Shown: positions 40,857 through 50,245 of the stretch, piece by piece
Layout: every line of letters begins with the position of its first letter
How positions within the stretch are numbered: position 1 is the first letter of the stretch
Assembly: GCA_963662545.2 (NCBI GenBank)
Contig: CAXXLL010000002.1
Location: forward strand, 2,400,001 to 2,464,000
Length of the DNA stretch: 64,000 nucleotides
Direction of reading: 5' to 3'
From: Gammaproteobacteria bacterium
GTDB lineage: Bacteria > Pseudomonadota > Gammaproteobacteria > Ga0077536
Made by a program: the position numbers and the translations under genes
The notes under the pieces: model-generated
The model's database searches: none
The model's input: the letters and a program-made list of their open reading frames with translations, nothing else
What the model was told of the DNA's origin: nothing

Positions 40857-41744
40857 TTAGCCACGCGGGTGATGCTTCGCGTGCAACGATTTCAGGCGTT
40901 CAGTTGCAATGTGGGTATAGATTTGGGTCGTCGAAATGTCGCTGTGACCCAGCAACATTTGCACCACGCGCAGATCGGCGCCGTGATTGAGCAGGTGGGT
41001 GGCGAAGGCATGCCTGAGCGTATGCGGCGACAACGTCGGACTCACACCGGCCTTGCGGGCGTACTTCTTGATCAGATACCAGAAAGCCTGGCGACTCATC
41101 GCACGGCCCCGTCGGGTAGGAAACAACGCCTCGGTAGGACGTCCTCGACAGAGTTCGGGTCGAGATTCATCCAGGTAGCGCTGGAGCCAGTCGAGCGCCT
41201 CTTCACCGAGCGGAACCAGGCGTTCCTTGCTGCCCTTGCCGATAACGCGAACCACGCCTTGGCGCAAGTTGATGCCGGTCAGTTCGATGCCTACCAGTTC
41301 GGATACCCGCAGTCCCGTTGCATACAGAACTTCCAGCATTGCCCGGTCCCGCAGGCCTATCGCCTTCGAGGGATCGGGCGCTTCGAGTAGCGCTTCGACG
41401 TCGCTTTCACTGAGTGATTTCGGCAATGGCCTACCGAGGCGCGGCGCCTCGAGCCGGACCGTCGGATCGGCGGCGATTACACGTTCGCGTACGAGATACT
41501 GGTAATACCGGCGCATGCTCGACAGGCGCCGAGCCTTGGTACGCGCCGAAAGGGCGTCAAGCTGCCCCATGAAATCGAGCAGGTCAGCTTCCGAAACCTC
41601 AACGGAATGGCCGCCTCGCGATTGTAGAAATCGAGTCAGGTTTTCGAGATCGTTCCGGTAGGCCAAAACCGTGTTTCGACTTAAGCCAAACTCGAGCCAG
41701 AGGTGATCAAGGAAATTGGAGAGGTATGTCGAATCCGAGACCAT
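40857..41744 (-). CDS. xerD: Site-specific tyrosine recombinase XerD
   Basis: LEVLYATGLRVSELV, SPHTLRHAFATHLLNHGADLRVVQMLLGH, TTQIYTH, HHPRG. Confidence 0.96.
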   Translation of the reverse strand: MVSDSTYLSNFLDHLWLEFGLSRNTVLAYRNDLENLTRFLQSRGGHSVEVSEADLLDFMGQLDALSARTKARRLSSMRRYYQYLVRERVIAADPTVRLEAPRLGRPLPKSLSESDVEALLEAPDPSKAIGLRDRAMLEVLYATGLRVSELVGIELTGINLRQGVVRVIGKGSKERLVPLGEEALDWLQRYLDESRPELCRGRPTEALFPTRRGRAMSRQAFWYLIKKYARKAGVSPTLSPHTLRHAFATHLLNHGADLRVVQMLLGHSDISTTQIYTHIATERLKSLHAKHHPRG

Positions 41745-41919
41745 CTCCGACCCCTGTTACTCGAATCGCCGAATGAACGTGAGTAGACCCATGCGAAGAT
41801 TATCGGCGTGTTTCGTTCACACCCGTAATAGAAGGCTGGTGCGATAAGCGGGCTTGCCTTTCACCCTTCGATTGCACACTCTATGGCACTGTCTATCACG
41901 ATCCGAGCCTGCGAATACG

Positions 41920-42288
41920 ATGCTGGATGCATGGTTCACTCCCCGGCCGCTCGCGATCGAGCGAGTACAACGCACGCCAACAGAAAAGCGCGAGATGGAT
42001 GAGCGGACTGCCTCTCTTACGCTCTACCATTACGATACGTGCATGTTCTGCGCGCGAGTACGCGAGGTCATCGACCTGCTCAGTCTCAAGATCGAGTTCA
42101 GGGACATCGTGCGGGATTCAATTTACCGGCGAGAACTGATCGACGGCGGCGGGCGCAGCACCGTTCCCTGCCTGCGCATCGTCGATTCATCCGGTCGCGC
42201 AACTTGGATGTACGAATCGATCGACATCATCCAGTATCTTGCCGAAGAATTCGGACGAGCGTCCGGGAACGAGGAGGCTGCCACTTAG
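41920..42288 (+). CDS. Glutaredoxin-like protein
   Basis: LYHYDTCMFC, TVPCLRI, WMYESIDIIQYL; start uncertain. Confidence 0.85.
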   Translation: MLDAWFTPRPLAIERVQRTPTEKREMDERTASLTLYHYDTCMFCARVREVIDLLSLKIEFRDIVRDSIYRRELIDGGGRSTVPCLRIVDSSGRATWMYESIDIIQYLAEEFGRASGNEEAAT

Positions 42289-42450
42289 GGAACCTCTGAA
42301 TAAGTCAGGGCCCATTTGCCTTGCGCCTGAAATCGCGGAGCCTTAACCAACGAACCTTGCCCATAGTCCCCGCTATGGCCTGCGATTCGTGCCTTGACCT
42401 GCTCCATTGCATGAACCATTCAGACGCACCATGGCTTATTCAGAGGTTTC
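42289..42450 (+). mobile_element. Repeat family A copy 4
   Basis: 162 bp, TTAG direct repeats; the left one contains the glutaredoxin stop. Confidence 0.9.
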
Positions 42451-42511
42451 TTAGCCGGCCGTTGAAAATATCAACTTGGCATATTGCACACTCGCCAAAC
42501 GGGTGGCGGAA

Positions 42512-42862
42512 TTACCTTTTGATCTTTTCCTTAATGCGGGCGGCTTTCCCTCGACGTTCGCGCATATAGTAAAGTTTTGCGCGCCGCACAACTCCACGTC
42601 GCTTGACCTCGATGTCGGCGATCATCGGACTATAGGTCTGGAACACACGCTCGACACCCTCTCCGTGGGAGATCTTACGGACCGTAAATGATGAGTTGAG
42701 CCCGCGGTTTCGTTTCGCGATGACGACGCCTTCGAAGGCTTGCAAACGCTCGCGATTGGCCTCCTTGACCCTGACCTGAACGACGATCGTGTCGCCGGCG
42801 CCGAAATCAGGCACTTCGCGTTGCATTTGTTCTGCTTCAATTTCAGCGATGATGTCCGCCAT
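42512..42862 (-). CDS. rplS: 50S ribosomal protein L19
   Basis: [25 protein letters not shown]. Confidence 0.97.
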   Translation of the reverse strand: MADIIAEIEAEQMQREVPDFGAGDTIVVQVRVKEANRERLQAFEGVVIAKRNRGLNSSFTVRKISHGEGVERVFQTYSPMIADIEVKRRGVVRRAKLYYMRERRGKAARIKEKIKR

Positions 42863-42917
42863 GACGCTTACTCTGGGATACAGGAAGCGCGCGATTCTAC
42901 ATCAAACGGTGCGCTAA

Positions 42918-42965
42918 AACCTATCTCAAGATCATTCGCGTACGCGAATGATCTTGAGATAGGTT
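42918..42965. repeat. Perfect 48 bp palindrome built from family C ends
   Basis: AACCTATCTCAAGATCATTCGCGT followed directly by its reverse complement. Confidence 0.9.
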
Positions 42966-42972
42966 CTGGACC

Positions 42973-43716
42973 CTATTTCGGGTTTTTCTCGAGAAATTCC
43001 TCCAGCAAGTTCCGGTCGTCTTCGCCCAAGGCCGCTGGCTCGAGCAGGTCGGGACGTTTGAAGAATGTTCGGCCGAGGCGCTGCATCCGGCGCCAGCGAT
43101 TGATGGCACGGTGATCGCCACTGAGAAGTACGGGAGGTACTGATTCGTCGCCGATGCGCTCGGGACGCGTATAGTGAGGGTAATCGAGCAAGCCTTCGCA
43201 AAACGAGTCCTCGAGCGCGGAACGCTCATCCCCGAGTGCGCCGGGGAGAAGACGCACGATCGCGTCGATCATGAGCATCGCCGGTATCTCGCCACCGCTC
43301 ACCACGAAATCCCCAACGGACCATTCGCTATCCACGTCGCGCTCCACGACCCGTTGGTCGATGCCTTCATAGCGCCCCGCAATCAGTATCAAGTGCTCGT
43401 AGGCCCCGAGTTCGCGCGCGCTCCGGTGATCGAAGCGCCGCCCCTGTGGGGTCAGATAGATGACGTGCGACCCTTGCGGTCGGGCGGCCTTCGCCGCCGT
43501 AATCGCTTTTCTCAAGGGCTCTACCATCATGATCATGCCTGGCCCGCCTCCATAGGGCGCATCGTCGACATTCCCGCGGCGATTCACTGCGAAATCCCGG
43601 GGATTGACGGTGTCGATCGCGGCCAAGCCACTCTCGAGGCAACGCCGCACAATCCCGGTCCGGCTAAAACTGTCGATGAACTCCGGAAACAGTGTCACGA
43701 TCGAAAACCGCTTCAT
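42973..43716 (-). CDS. trmD: tRNA (guanine37-N1)-methyltransferase
   Basis: VDDAPYGGGPGM, GRYEGID, SVGDFVVSGGE, LDYPHYTRP; start inferred. Confidence 0.96.
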   Translation of the reverse strand: MKRFSIVTLFPEFIDSFSRTGIVRRCLESGLAAIDTVNPRDFAVNRRGNVDDAPYGGGPGMIMMVEPLRKAITAAKAARPQGSHVIYLTPQGRRFDHRSARELGAYEHLILIAGRYEGIDQRVVERDVDSEWSVGDFVVSGGEIPAMLMIDAIVRLLPGALGDERSALEDSFCEGLLDYPHYTRPERIGDESVPPVLLSGDHRAINRWRRMQRLGRTFFKRPDLLEPAALGEDDRNLLEEFLEKNPK

Positions 43717-43782
43717 GATGGATGCCGGTACCAACACGTGCCGGAATGAGTCCGCCGAATCAGGAAATTTCTCACCGACCTG

Positions 43783-44283
43783 TCAATCATCGACGTGCCA
43801 GTCGACTCTGATCTCGGCGGCCTCCCAACTGATCTCATCGATGTATACACCTTCGACGAAGGGAATCAGGCGTTGTTCACGGCCTTCGACGCGAAGCACG
43901 TCGTTGGCGCCGGTTTCGATCAGCCCGGCGACCTGACCAAGAGGCTTGCCCTCGCGATTGACGACGTTCAAACCGATCAAATCGGCCCAGTAGTACTCGC
44001 CCGTCGCGGGTGCGGCTAACTGCTTTCGTTCGATCGCGATGTCTCGCCGCAGCAGCGTGGCCGCGGTATCACGGTCTTCGACGCCACGCAGCGACACGAT
44101 AAGCCCACTGCCATGCCGCTTCGCGGCAGCCACTGCATAAGCTTGCCAGGACCTGCCGTCCCGCAGATACCAGGCGGTGTAGTCGAGTAAATTTTCCCGT
44201 GGGCGGGTGTAGGAAAATACCTTGACCCAGCCATGAGTCCCGAATAAGCCGTTGATGCGTCCGACGACGATGGGATCCGTCAA
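43783..44283 (-). CDS. rimM: 16S rRNA processing protein RimM
   Basis: VGRING.FG.HGWVKV, GEYYWADLIG, TGANDVL, LIPFV; start inferred. Confidence 0.93.
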   Translation of the reverse strand: MTDPIVVGRINGLFGTHGWVKVFSYTRPRENLLDYTAWYLRDGRSWQAYAVAAAKRHGSGLIVSLRGVEDRDTAATLLRRDIAIERKQLAAPATGEYYWADLIGLNVVNREGKPLGQVAGLIETGANDVLRVEGREQRLIPFVEGVYIDEISWEAAEIRVDWHVDD

Positions 44284-44384
44284 GGAGCGCGCAATGTAAT
44301 CAGGCTGAAATGCCTGCACGTATCGCGCCGAACGCACTCGTCGGTATTACGCCGCCACGCAGGCGCACGGCGGCGATCGTCCCG

Positions 44385-44633
44385 TCAAGCCGTGGCGGAG
44401 TGCTTCTCAACGAGCTTTTGAACGCGGTCAGACGGCTGCGCGCCGACCGATATCCAGTAGTCATACCGTTCCTGGGTTATTCGAAAGGCTTCTTCGTTCT
44501 CTGTCGCGATCGGGTTAAAGAATCCGATGCGCTCGATGTGTCGGCCATCACGCCGGTCCCTACGGTCAGCGACTACGATATGGTAGAAAGGCCTTTTCTT
44601 AGCGCCGGCGCGTGACAATCGAATCGTTACCAT
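44385..44633 (-). CDS. rpsP: 30S ribosomal protein S16
   Basis: [29 protein letters not shown]. Confidence 0.97.
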   Translation of the reverse strand: MVTIRLSRAGAKKRPFYHIVVADRRDRRDGRHIERIGFFNPIATENEEAFRITQERYDYWISVGAQPSDRVQKLVEKHSATA

Positions 44634-44977
44634 GAATTATTTCCTCGGTGCGCCGCCTCGAACCTCGGCGCGGCTGCAGATCTGTTGGGGCGCTTCCCGG
44701 ACGCCTGAATGGGCGCGCATTTTAAGAGAATTTCCGACCGGAAATAAAGGCTTTTAGCTCGGCACCGACACGACGGACTCGACGACTCGAATTCATTGGA
44801 AGAAATCGACGCCGCGCGCCCCTGCGTGCCCGGCGCGAAGAATTTCCGCCGGCGCCCTGCGACCCGCCAGATCAGCGCGGCCTGTCTCGTCCATTGTGCG
44901 GCTGCGCGCACGACCCGTATTCGTTTGCGTCTCGAGCGCCTTCGTGCAATAGACGCGGAGCAGCTTATTGAGCTCAG

Positions 44978-45139
44978 GGAACCTCTGAATAAGTCATGTC
45001 CCATCTGCCTTGCCCATGAAATCGCGGAGCCTTAGGTTACGAATCTTGCCCATAGTCCCCGCTATGGCCTGCGATCCGTGCTTTGCTCAGCACCCTTCCT
45101 CGATCCACTCAGACGCACCATGACTTATGCAGAGGTTTC
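44978..45139 (+). mobile_element. Repeat family A copy 5
   Basis: 162 bp, both TIRs, flanks TCAG/TTAG. Confidence 0.88.
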
Positions 45140-45378
45140 TTAGCAAAAAGTGGTGAAAATACCCTATTTGGATGAGGACTAAACACCCTATTTTTGCGTC
45201 GAAGCACGGTCTATCTGCACTAGCTGCTCCACCCGCCTCAATCTGAATTCCGCATTCCGACTGGGTGCTGACGGCGGCGAATAGAAATTAAAGTAAATTA
45301 TAAATAATGATTACAACTAGTTGATATTATAATTTATTATTACTATAGTTTAAGTCAATTCGAAGTGATGGAAAGGTC

Positions 45379-46005
45379 ATGAGATCCACCATCGTGCCAT
45401 TGGTTGTGCTGCTGTTGGCGGGTTGCGCGGACCTGCCGGTTGAATTAAAACCAGGCGCCCGGCCAGATACGGGCGTGACCCACGAGCGTCGAGCCAACTC
45501 ACCTCCGATTTACGCGGGAGTCTCCCGAGCATCCTGGCGCGAATGCAGAATGATCCGAGCGATCGACGGATACGCCGTGTGTGCACCAAAAGCTCACGAG
45601 GTCACGCCGACGACGGCTTTGCCGGAGAGTTCCCGCAAACTTGACGTGGCTCTGCATATTCCCGCGCCGCAGGCGACCCTCGTCGATCACGATGCCTCCG
45701 GACAGGTCGCAGGGCGATATCTCGTCATCGGAAGCTTTCGCGAACGGGGCAATGCCGAACGTTGGGCCGAATTCAATGCCGAATTCGGGACCGGGGTTCA
45801 TGCGACCCACCGCCCCGGACCGCCCGTTTATCGGGTCCTCGTGGGACCGCTCGATGACAGCGATGTCACCGCCATCCTGCGCGAGATACTCGCAGCCGTC
45901 GGCGTCGGTGAAAGCTGGCGGCTATCGATCTGTGGCAAATCAGCCAGGCCGGGCACGTGTCGCGACTTCGAACAAGCCAACCTGGCGACGGTTGCTGAAC
46001 TCTAA
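45379..46005 (+). CDS. SPOR-domain lipoprotein
   Basis: Lipobox LLAGC; YLVIGSF...NA...YRVLVGP. Confidence 0.7.
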   Translation: MRSTIVPLVVLLLAGCADLPVELKPGARPDTGVTHERRANSPPIYAGVSRASWRECRMIRAIDGYAVCAPKAHEVTPTTALPESSRKLDVALHIPAPQATLVDHDASGQVAGRYLVIGSFRERGNAERWAEFNAEFGTGVHATHRPGPPVYRVLVGPLDDSDVTAILREILAAVGVGESWRLSICGKSARPGTCRDFEQANLATVAEL

Positions 46006-46022
46006 CACTCTGTCGGACTTAT

Positions 46023-46041
46023 GGAACCCCTGAATAAGTCA
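46023..46041 (+). repeat. Short solo family A end
   Basis: GGAACCCCTGAATAAGTCA, one mismatch to the TIR. Confidence 0.65.
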
Positions 46042-46050
46042 ACGAGTTCC

Positions 46051-46080
46051 AACCATTAAGCGCTTGAGCGCCTAATGGTT
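46051..46080. terminator. Hairpin between the convergent SPOR gene and pnp
   Basis: AACCATTA.GCGC-TTGA-GCGC.TAATGGTT; no clear U tract. Confidence 0.35.
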
Positions 46081-46107
46081 GCCGGTAGCAGTACCGGAAT
46101 GAGGCTG

Positions 46108-48186
46108 TTAGACCGCTTTCATGCTGAGGCGAATGCGGCCCTGCTTATCGACCTCTAGTACTTTCACCTTGACCATGTCGCCCTCGGACAGCTTGTCGCT
46201 GACGTTTTCGACGCGCTCATTAGAAATTTGGGAAATGTGGACCAGCCCGTCTTTCCCCGGAAGAATATTCACGAAGGCGCCGAAATCCATCAGTTTTGCC
46301 ACCCGGCCTTCGTAGATCGTGCCGACCTCAACGTCCGCCGTGATCGCCTCTACCCGCGCCTTGGCGGCCTGGCCGGCGGCCTTGTCGACCGACGCGATTT
46401 TTACCGTACCGTCGTCGTCGATATCGATCGTCGCGCCCGTTTCCTCGGTGATCTGGCGAATGGTTGAACCACCCTTACCGATCACGTCGCGGATTTTGTC
46501 CGGCGCGATCTTCACGATGATAATGCGCGGGGCATATTCAGACATCTCCTCACGCGAGCGTTCGAGGACCTTATTCATTTCTCCGAGGATGTGCATCCGT
46601 CCGTCCTTTGCCTGCGCCAGCGCGGCCTCCATGATCTCGCGCGTAATGCCGCTGATCTTGATGTCCATCTGCAGCGCAGTCACGCCCTCTGACGTACCGG
46701 CGACCTTGAAGTCCATGTCCCCGAGGTGGTCTTCGTCACCCATGATGTCCGACAGGACGACGAAACGGTCACCCTCTTTGATCAGACCCATGGCGATACC
46801 CGCGACAGGTGTCTTGATTGGAACCCCGGCATCCATTAGTGACAGGCTCGTCCCGCACACCGTGGCCATCGAACTCGACCCGTTGGACTCGGTAATTTCG
46901 GATACCACGCGAATGACGTAGGGAAAGGTGGTCATGTCCGGCATGACCGCAAGAATGGCCCGCTTGGCCAAACGGCCGTGGCCGATTTCGCGGCGCTTAG
47001 GCGATCCCACCCGGCCTGTTTCGCCAACGCAGAACGGTGGAAAATTGTAATGCAGCATGAACGGATCGCGATGCTCTCCCTCGATAGCGTCGACAATCTG
47101 GGAATCCCGCTCGGTACCGAGCGCCACTATCACGATGGCCTGGGTCTCCCCGCGCGTGAACAGCGCGGATCCATGGGTGCGCGGTAATACCCCCACTTCC
47201 ACGTCGATCTTCCGTATATCCGCGTTACCGCGGCCGTCGATACGGGGATTGCCGTCGATGATGCTCCCGCGGACGATGTCATACTCCAGTTTATCCAAGA
47301 TGGTCTCAATTTCGTCTTCAGCCCAGGTCGCACCGTCGATCTCGGCGATCTGAGTCAAGACCTCCGCGCGTAGGGCGGACAGCCGATCACGACGATCCAG
47401 TTTGTCGACGATTTTGTAAGCTTCGACGAGCGGATCCCGGTAATGGTTGGAAATGAGCGTCTCCAGATCGGTTTTCGGCTCCGGGGGCTGCCACTCCCAC
47501 GGCGTCGGTTTGATCTGCGCGGCCAGATCGTTGATGGCCTTGATCGCAACCTGCATCTGCTCATGGCCGAACATCACCGCGTCCAGCATGACTTCCTCGG
47601 ATAATCCACTCGCTTCGGATTCGACCATCAATACAGACGTCGCGGTGCCCGCGACGACGAGGTTGAGGTCGGAATCGTCAAGCGCGCCGAAACTCGGGTT
47701 GAGAAGGTACTCGCCATTCTTGTACCCAACCCGTGCGGCGCCGATAGGCCCAGCGAACGGCAAACCCGATATGACCAGGGCCGCTGACGCCCCGATCAGG
47801 GCTGGGATGTCCGGATCGACATCGGGATCTAAGGACATCACGGTACAGATGATCTGTACCTCGTTTTTGAAGCCCTTGGGAAACAACGGCCTGACTGGGC
47901 GGTCGATGAGTCGGCAGGTGAGTGTTTCCTTTTCCGACGGCCGGCCTTCCCGTTTGAAAAATCCTCCGGGTATCTTTCCGGCTGCGTAAGTACGCTCCTG
48001 GTAGTCGACAGTGAGCGGGAAAAAATCGCGCGAAGGATCGCCCTTTTTCCGGCCGACCACGGTCGCCATGATGACGGTGTCACCCATCGTGACTAGGACT
48101 GCGCCGGAGGCTTGGCGCGCAACCTTTCCTGTTTCGAGCCGAACCTGGTGGCTACCGTAATCGAATGAGACCGTGGATGGCGACAT
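46108..48186 (-). CDS. pnp: Polyribonucleotide nucleotidyltransferase
   Basis: [35 protein letters not shown] and S1 domains. Confidence 0.98.
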   Translation of the reverse strand: MSPSTVSFDYGSHQVRLETGKVARQASGAVLVTMGDTVIMATVVGRKKGDPSRDFFPLTVDYQERTYAAGKIPGGFFKREGRPSEKETLTCRLIDRPVRPLFPKGFKNEVQIICTVMSLDPDVDPDIPALIGASAALVISGLPFAGPIGAARVGYKNGEYLLNPSFGALDDSDLNLVVAGTATSVLMVESEASGLSEEVMLDAVMFGHEQMQVAIKAINDLAAQIKPTPWEWQPPEPKTDLETLISNHYRDPLVEAYKIVDKLDRRDRLSALRAEVLTQIAEIDGATWAEDEIETILDKLEYDIVRGSIIDGNPRIDGRGNADIRKIDVEVGVLPRTHGSALFTRGETQAIVIVALGTERDSQIVDAIEGEHRDPFMLHYNFPPFCVGETGRVGSPKRREIGHGRLAKRAILAVMPDMTTFPYVIRVVSEITESNGSSSMATVCGTSLSLMDAGVPIKTPVAGIAMGLIKEGDRFVVLSDIMGDEDHLGDMDFKVAGTSEGVTALQMDIKISGITREIMEAALAQAKDGRMHILGEMNKVLERSREEMSEYAPRIIIVKIAPDKIRDVIGKGGSTIRQITEETGATIDIDDDGTVKIASVDKAAGQAAKARVEAITADVEVGTIYEGRVAKLMDFGAFVNILPGKDGLVHISQISNERVENVSDKLSEGDMVKVKVLEVDKQGRIRLSMKAV

Positions 48187-48205
48187 ATTTACTACCTATT
48201 CATGC

Positions 48206-48235
48206 AACAAAAGAGCCGCTGTGAGGCGGGGGCTC
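48206..48235 (-). terminator. Putative intrinsic terminator after rpsO
   Basis: Minus strand GAGCCCCCGCCTCACAGCGGCTC then TTTTGTT. Confidence 0.4.
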
Positions 48236-48276
48236 GGCGGGGTGTATTTGAATGGGAAACGGCTTGCGTCTCGGGC

Positions 48277-48546
48277 TTACTTTCTCAAGCCCAAGCGTGA
48301 GATCAATCCGCGATAGCGCTCGACGCTGCCTTTTCTGAGGTAGTCGAGCATCTTGCGGCGGCGGTTGACCATGCGCAGCAATCCCTGGCGGGAATGGTTG
48401 TCGTGCGTATGCTCCTTGAAATGTTCCGACAAATCGTTGATGCGCGCAGACAACAACGCGACCTGCACCTCGGGCGACCCGGTGTCCGTGCCGGACAATT
48501 GATATTCACTGATGATCGCACTCTTATGCTCGTTCGACAAAGCCAT
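48277..48546 (-). CDS. rpsO: 30S ribosomal protein S15
   Basis: [26 protein letters not shown]. Confidence 0.97.
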   Translation of the reverse strand: MALSNEHKSAIISEYQLSGTDTGSPEVQVALLSARINDLSEHFKEHTHDNHSRQGLLRMVNRRRKMLDYLRKGSVERYRGLISRLGLRK

Positions 48547-48592
48547 CTAGGGACTCCCTATGCTTGCTACCGGTCTTTTCAAACAACCGCGC

Positions 48593-48621
48593 ATTCTAAC
48601 CATGAGGCTTCCACCTCACAA
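48593..48621 (-). promoter_or_regulatory. Putative sigma70 promoter of rpsO
   Basis: TTGTGA-17 bp-TAGAAT followed by a GCGCGG discriminator. Confidence 0.5.
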
Positions 48622-48639
48622 GAAATTTATATGCTCTAA

Positions 48640-48801
48640 GGAACCTCTGAATAAGTCATGGTGCGTCTGAATGGTTCATGCAATGGTGCAGAGCAAGGCA
48701 CGAATCGCAGGCCATAGCGGGGACTATGGACAAGGTTCGTCGGTTAAGGCTCCGCGATTTCATGGGCAAGGCAGAGGGGCCATGACTTATTCAGAGGTTC
48801 C
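48640..48801 (-). mobile_element. Repeat family A copy 6
   Basis: 162 bp, CTAA direct repeats; the right one contains the truB stop. Confidence 0.9.
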
Positions 48802-49869
48802 CTAAGGCGCCGAATCGCTCTGGGATCCAGACGCCGGTAAATGAAACAGCCGCCGCGGCGCGACCCGACCATCGTCGAGGATCTCGCCGACCCCGACGAA
48901 TTGCTCGCCCGCACTGTAAAGTCGCAACAGGCCCGAGGTCGGCGCGCGAGGAACCAGGACCGGCTGCCCGCGGGCCACGTAATACTCCGCATCTTCCGTC
49001 AACGCGATGCTCGGCATGAATTCGAGCGCGGTATCTAGCGGCAACAAGACTTTATCGAGCATCTCAATCCCTTCCTCCGCGACGCGCTCGAGTGCGGGAA
49101 TCGACCATGCGTCGGCGAGCTGATAAGCACCTACCCGCTCCCGCCGCAGTGCGGAAACGTGAGCGCCGCACGCGAGCTTTTTTCTCCCAGGTCTGGAGCA
49201 GGACCGGCTGCCCGCGGGCTTACATTCATGAATTCCACGCGCTCGTACCCGCTCCCGCCGCATGTGAGCGCCGCACGCGAGCTTTTCTCCCAGGTCTTCG
49301 GCCAGCGTACGGATGTAGGTCCCCTTGGAGCAGCTTACATTGACCACCAGTCGGGGATTCGAAAATTCCCTTATCGTAAATTCGCGAATGTGGACGGTGC
49401 GTTTCGGCCGCTCTACCTCGATCCCCTGGCGTGCGAGTTTATAAAGCGGCTGCCCGTTGCGCTTGATAGCCGAATACATCGGTGGTATCTGCTCGATCGT
49501 TCCCACGAATCCGCGCAAGGCTGCTTCGATGGCATCGCGTTCGATGCCCTCGGTCGAGGCGGTGCTGAGGATCGCTCCTTCACCGTCGCCCGTTGTAGTC
49601 CGCGCTCCGAGCGTGAATTCGGCGACGTAGCGCTTGTCGGCATCGAGAAGGTACCGGCACACCTTAGTCGCTTCGCCGAAACATACGGGCAGCAGGCCGT
49701 CGGCCTGAACGTCGAGGTTACCCGTGTGGCCCGCTTTGCGTGCACCGAATATGCGCTTGGCCTTTTGCAACGCGTCGTTGGAACTGATGCCTCGAGGTTT
49801 GTCGAGCAGCAGTATGCCGTCCACGTCGCGTCCGCGTTTATGCCGCCGTGCACGGCGATTCGCACTCAC
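48802..49869 (-). CDS. truB: tRNA pseudouridine(55) synthase, with a 35 aa anomalous insert
   Basis: GILLLDKP, KAGHTGNLD, QIPPMYSA, CSKGTYIR. Confidence 0.94.
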   Translation of the reverse strand: MSANRRARRHKRGRDVDGILLLDKPRGISSNDALQKAKRIFGARKAGHTGNLDVQADGLLPVCFGEATKVCRYLLDADKRYVAEFTLGARTTTGDGEGAILSTASTEGIERDAIEAALRGFVGTIEQIPPMYSAIKRNGQPLYKLARQGIEVERPKRTVHIREFTIREFSNPRLVVNVSCSKGTYIRTLAEDLGEKLACGAHMRRERVRARGIHECKPAGSRSCSRPGRKKLACGAHVSALRRERVGAYQLADAWSIPALERVAEEGIEMLDKVLLPLDTALEFMPSIALTEDAEYYVARGQPVLVPRAPTSGLLRLYSAGEQFVGVGEILDDGRVAPRRLFHLPASGSQSDSAP

Positions 49870-50240
49870 TTACTCACACCATTTCCTCGCCTGTCATTTG
49901 AAGAGCGGAGTAAGCGATTGATTCGATCGCTGCGTTCCGCGCCTTCGTCGCTGCGAAAACTCAGTACCGGTGTTCTCTTCGTGGTCAGGGAACGCGCCAG
50001 TTGCGTTTGCAATTTGCTTGATCGTTGGTCGAGGTATTTAAGAAAATCTTCTTGCGCCGATTGGTCGGCGTAAACGCTGAGATAGACCGTCCCGCGGCGC
50101 ATGTCTGGCGACAGCTCTACGCCGGTAATCGTCGCGAGACCGACGCCGTGATTTCTTGCCAATTCGCCGACCGGCGCCGCCAAGATTCGCTGTACTGTCG
50201 ACGCCACCCGATCGAGCCGGCTGAATTCGCGTTTCACCAT
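49866..50240 (-). CDS. rbfA: Ribosome-binding factor A
   Basis: RLDRVA, TITGVELSPD, RTPVLSF; infB-rbfA-truB order. Confidence 0.88.
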   Translation of the reverse strand: MVKREFSRLDRVASTVQRILAAPVGELARNHGVGLATITGVELSPDMRRGTVYLSVYADQSAQEDFLKYLDQRSSKLQTQLARSLTTKRTPVLSFRSDEGAERSDRINRLLRSSNDRRGNGVSK

Positions 50241-50245
50241 GCGGG

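Noticed and set aside
40857-41744. Tyrosine recombinase as a phage or island integrase, or as mobiliser of the repeats
   Set aside because: Sequence motifs and the rplS/dsbC context identify chromosomal XerD.
44627-45035. ORFs 44627-45004 and 44796-45035
   Set aside because: They start or end inside repeat A and show no recognisable motifs; probably spurious.
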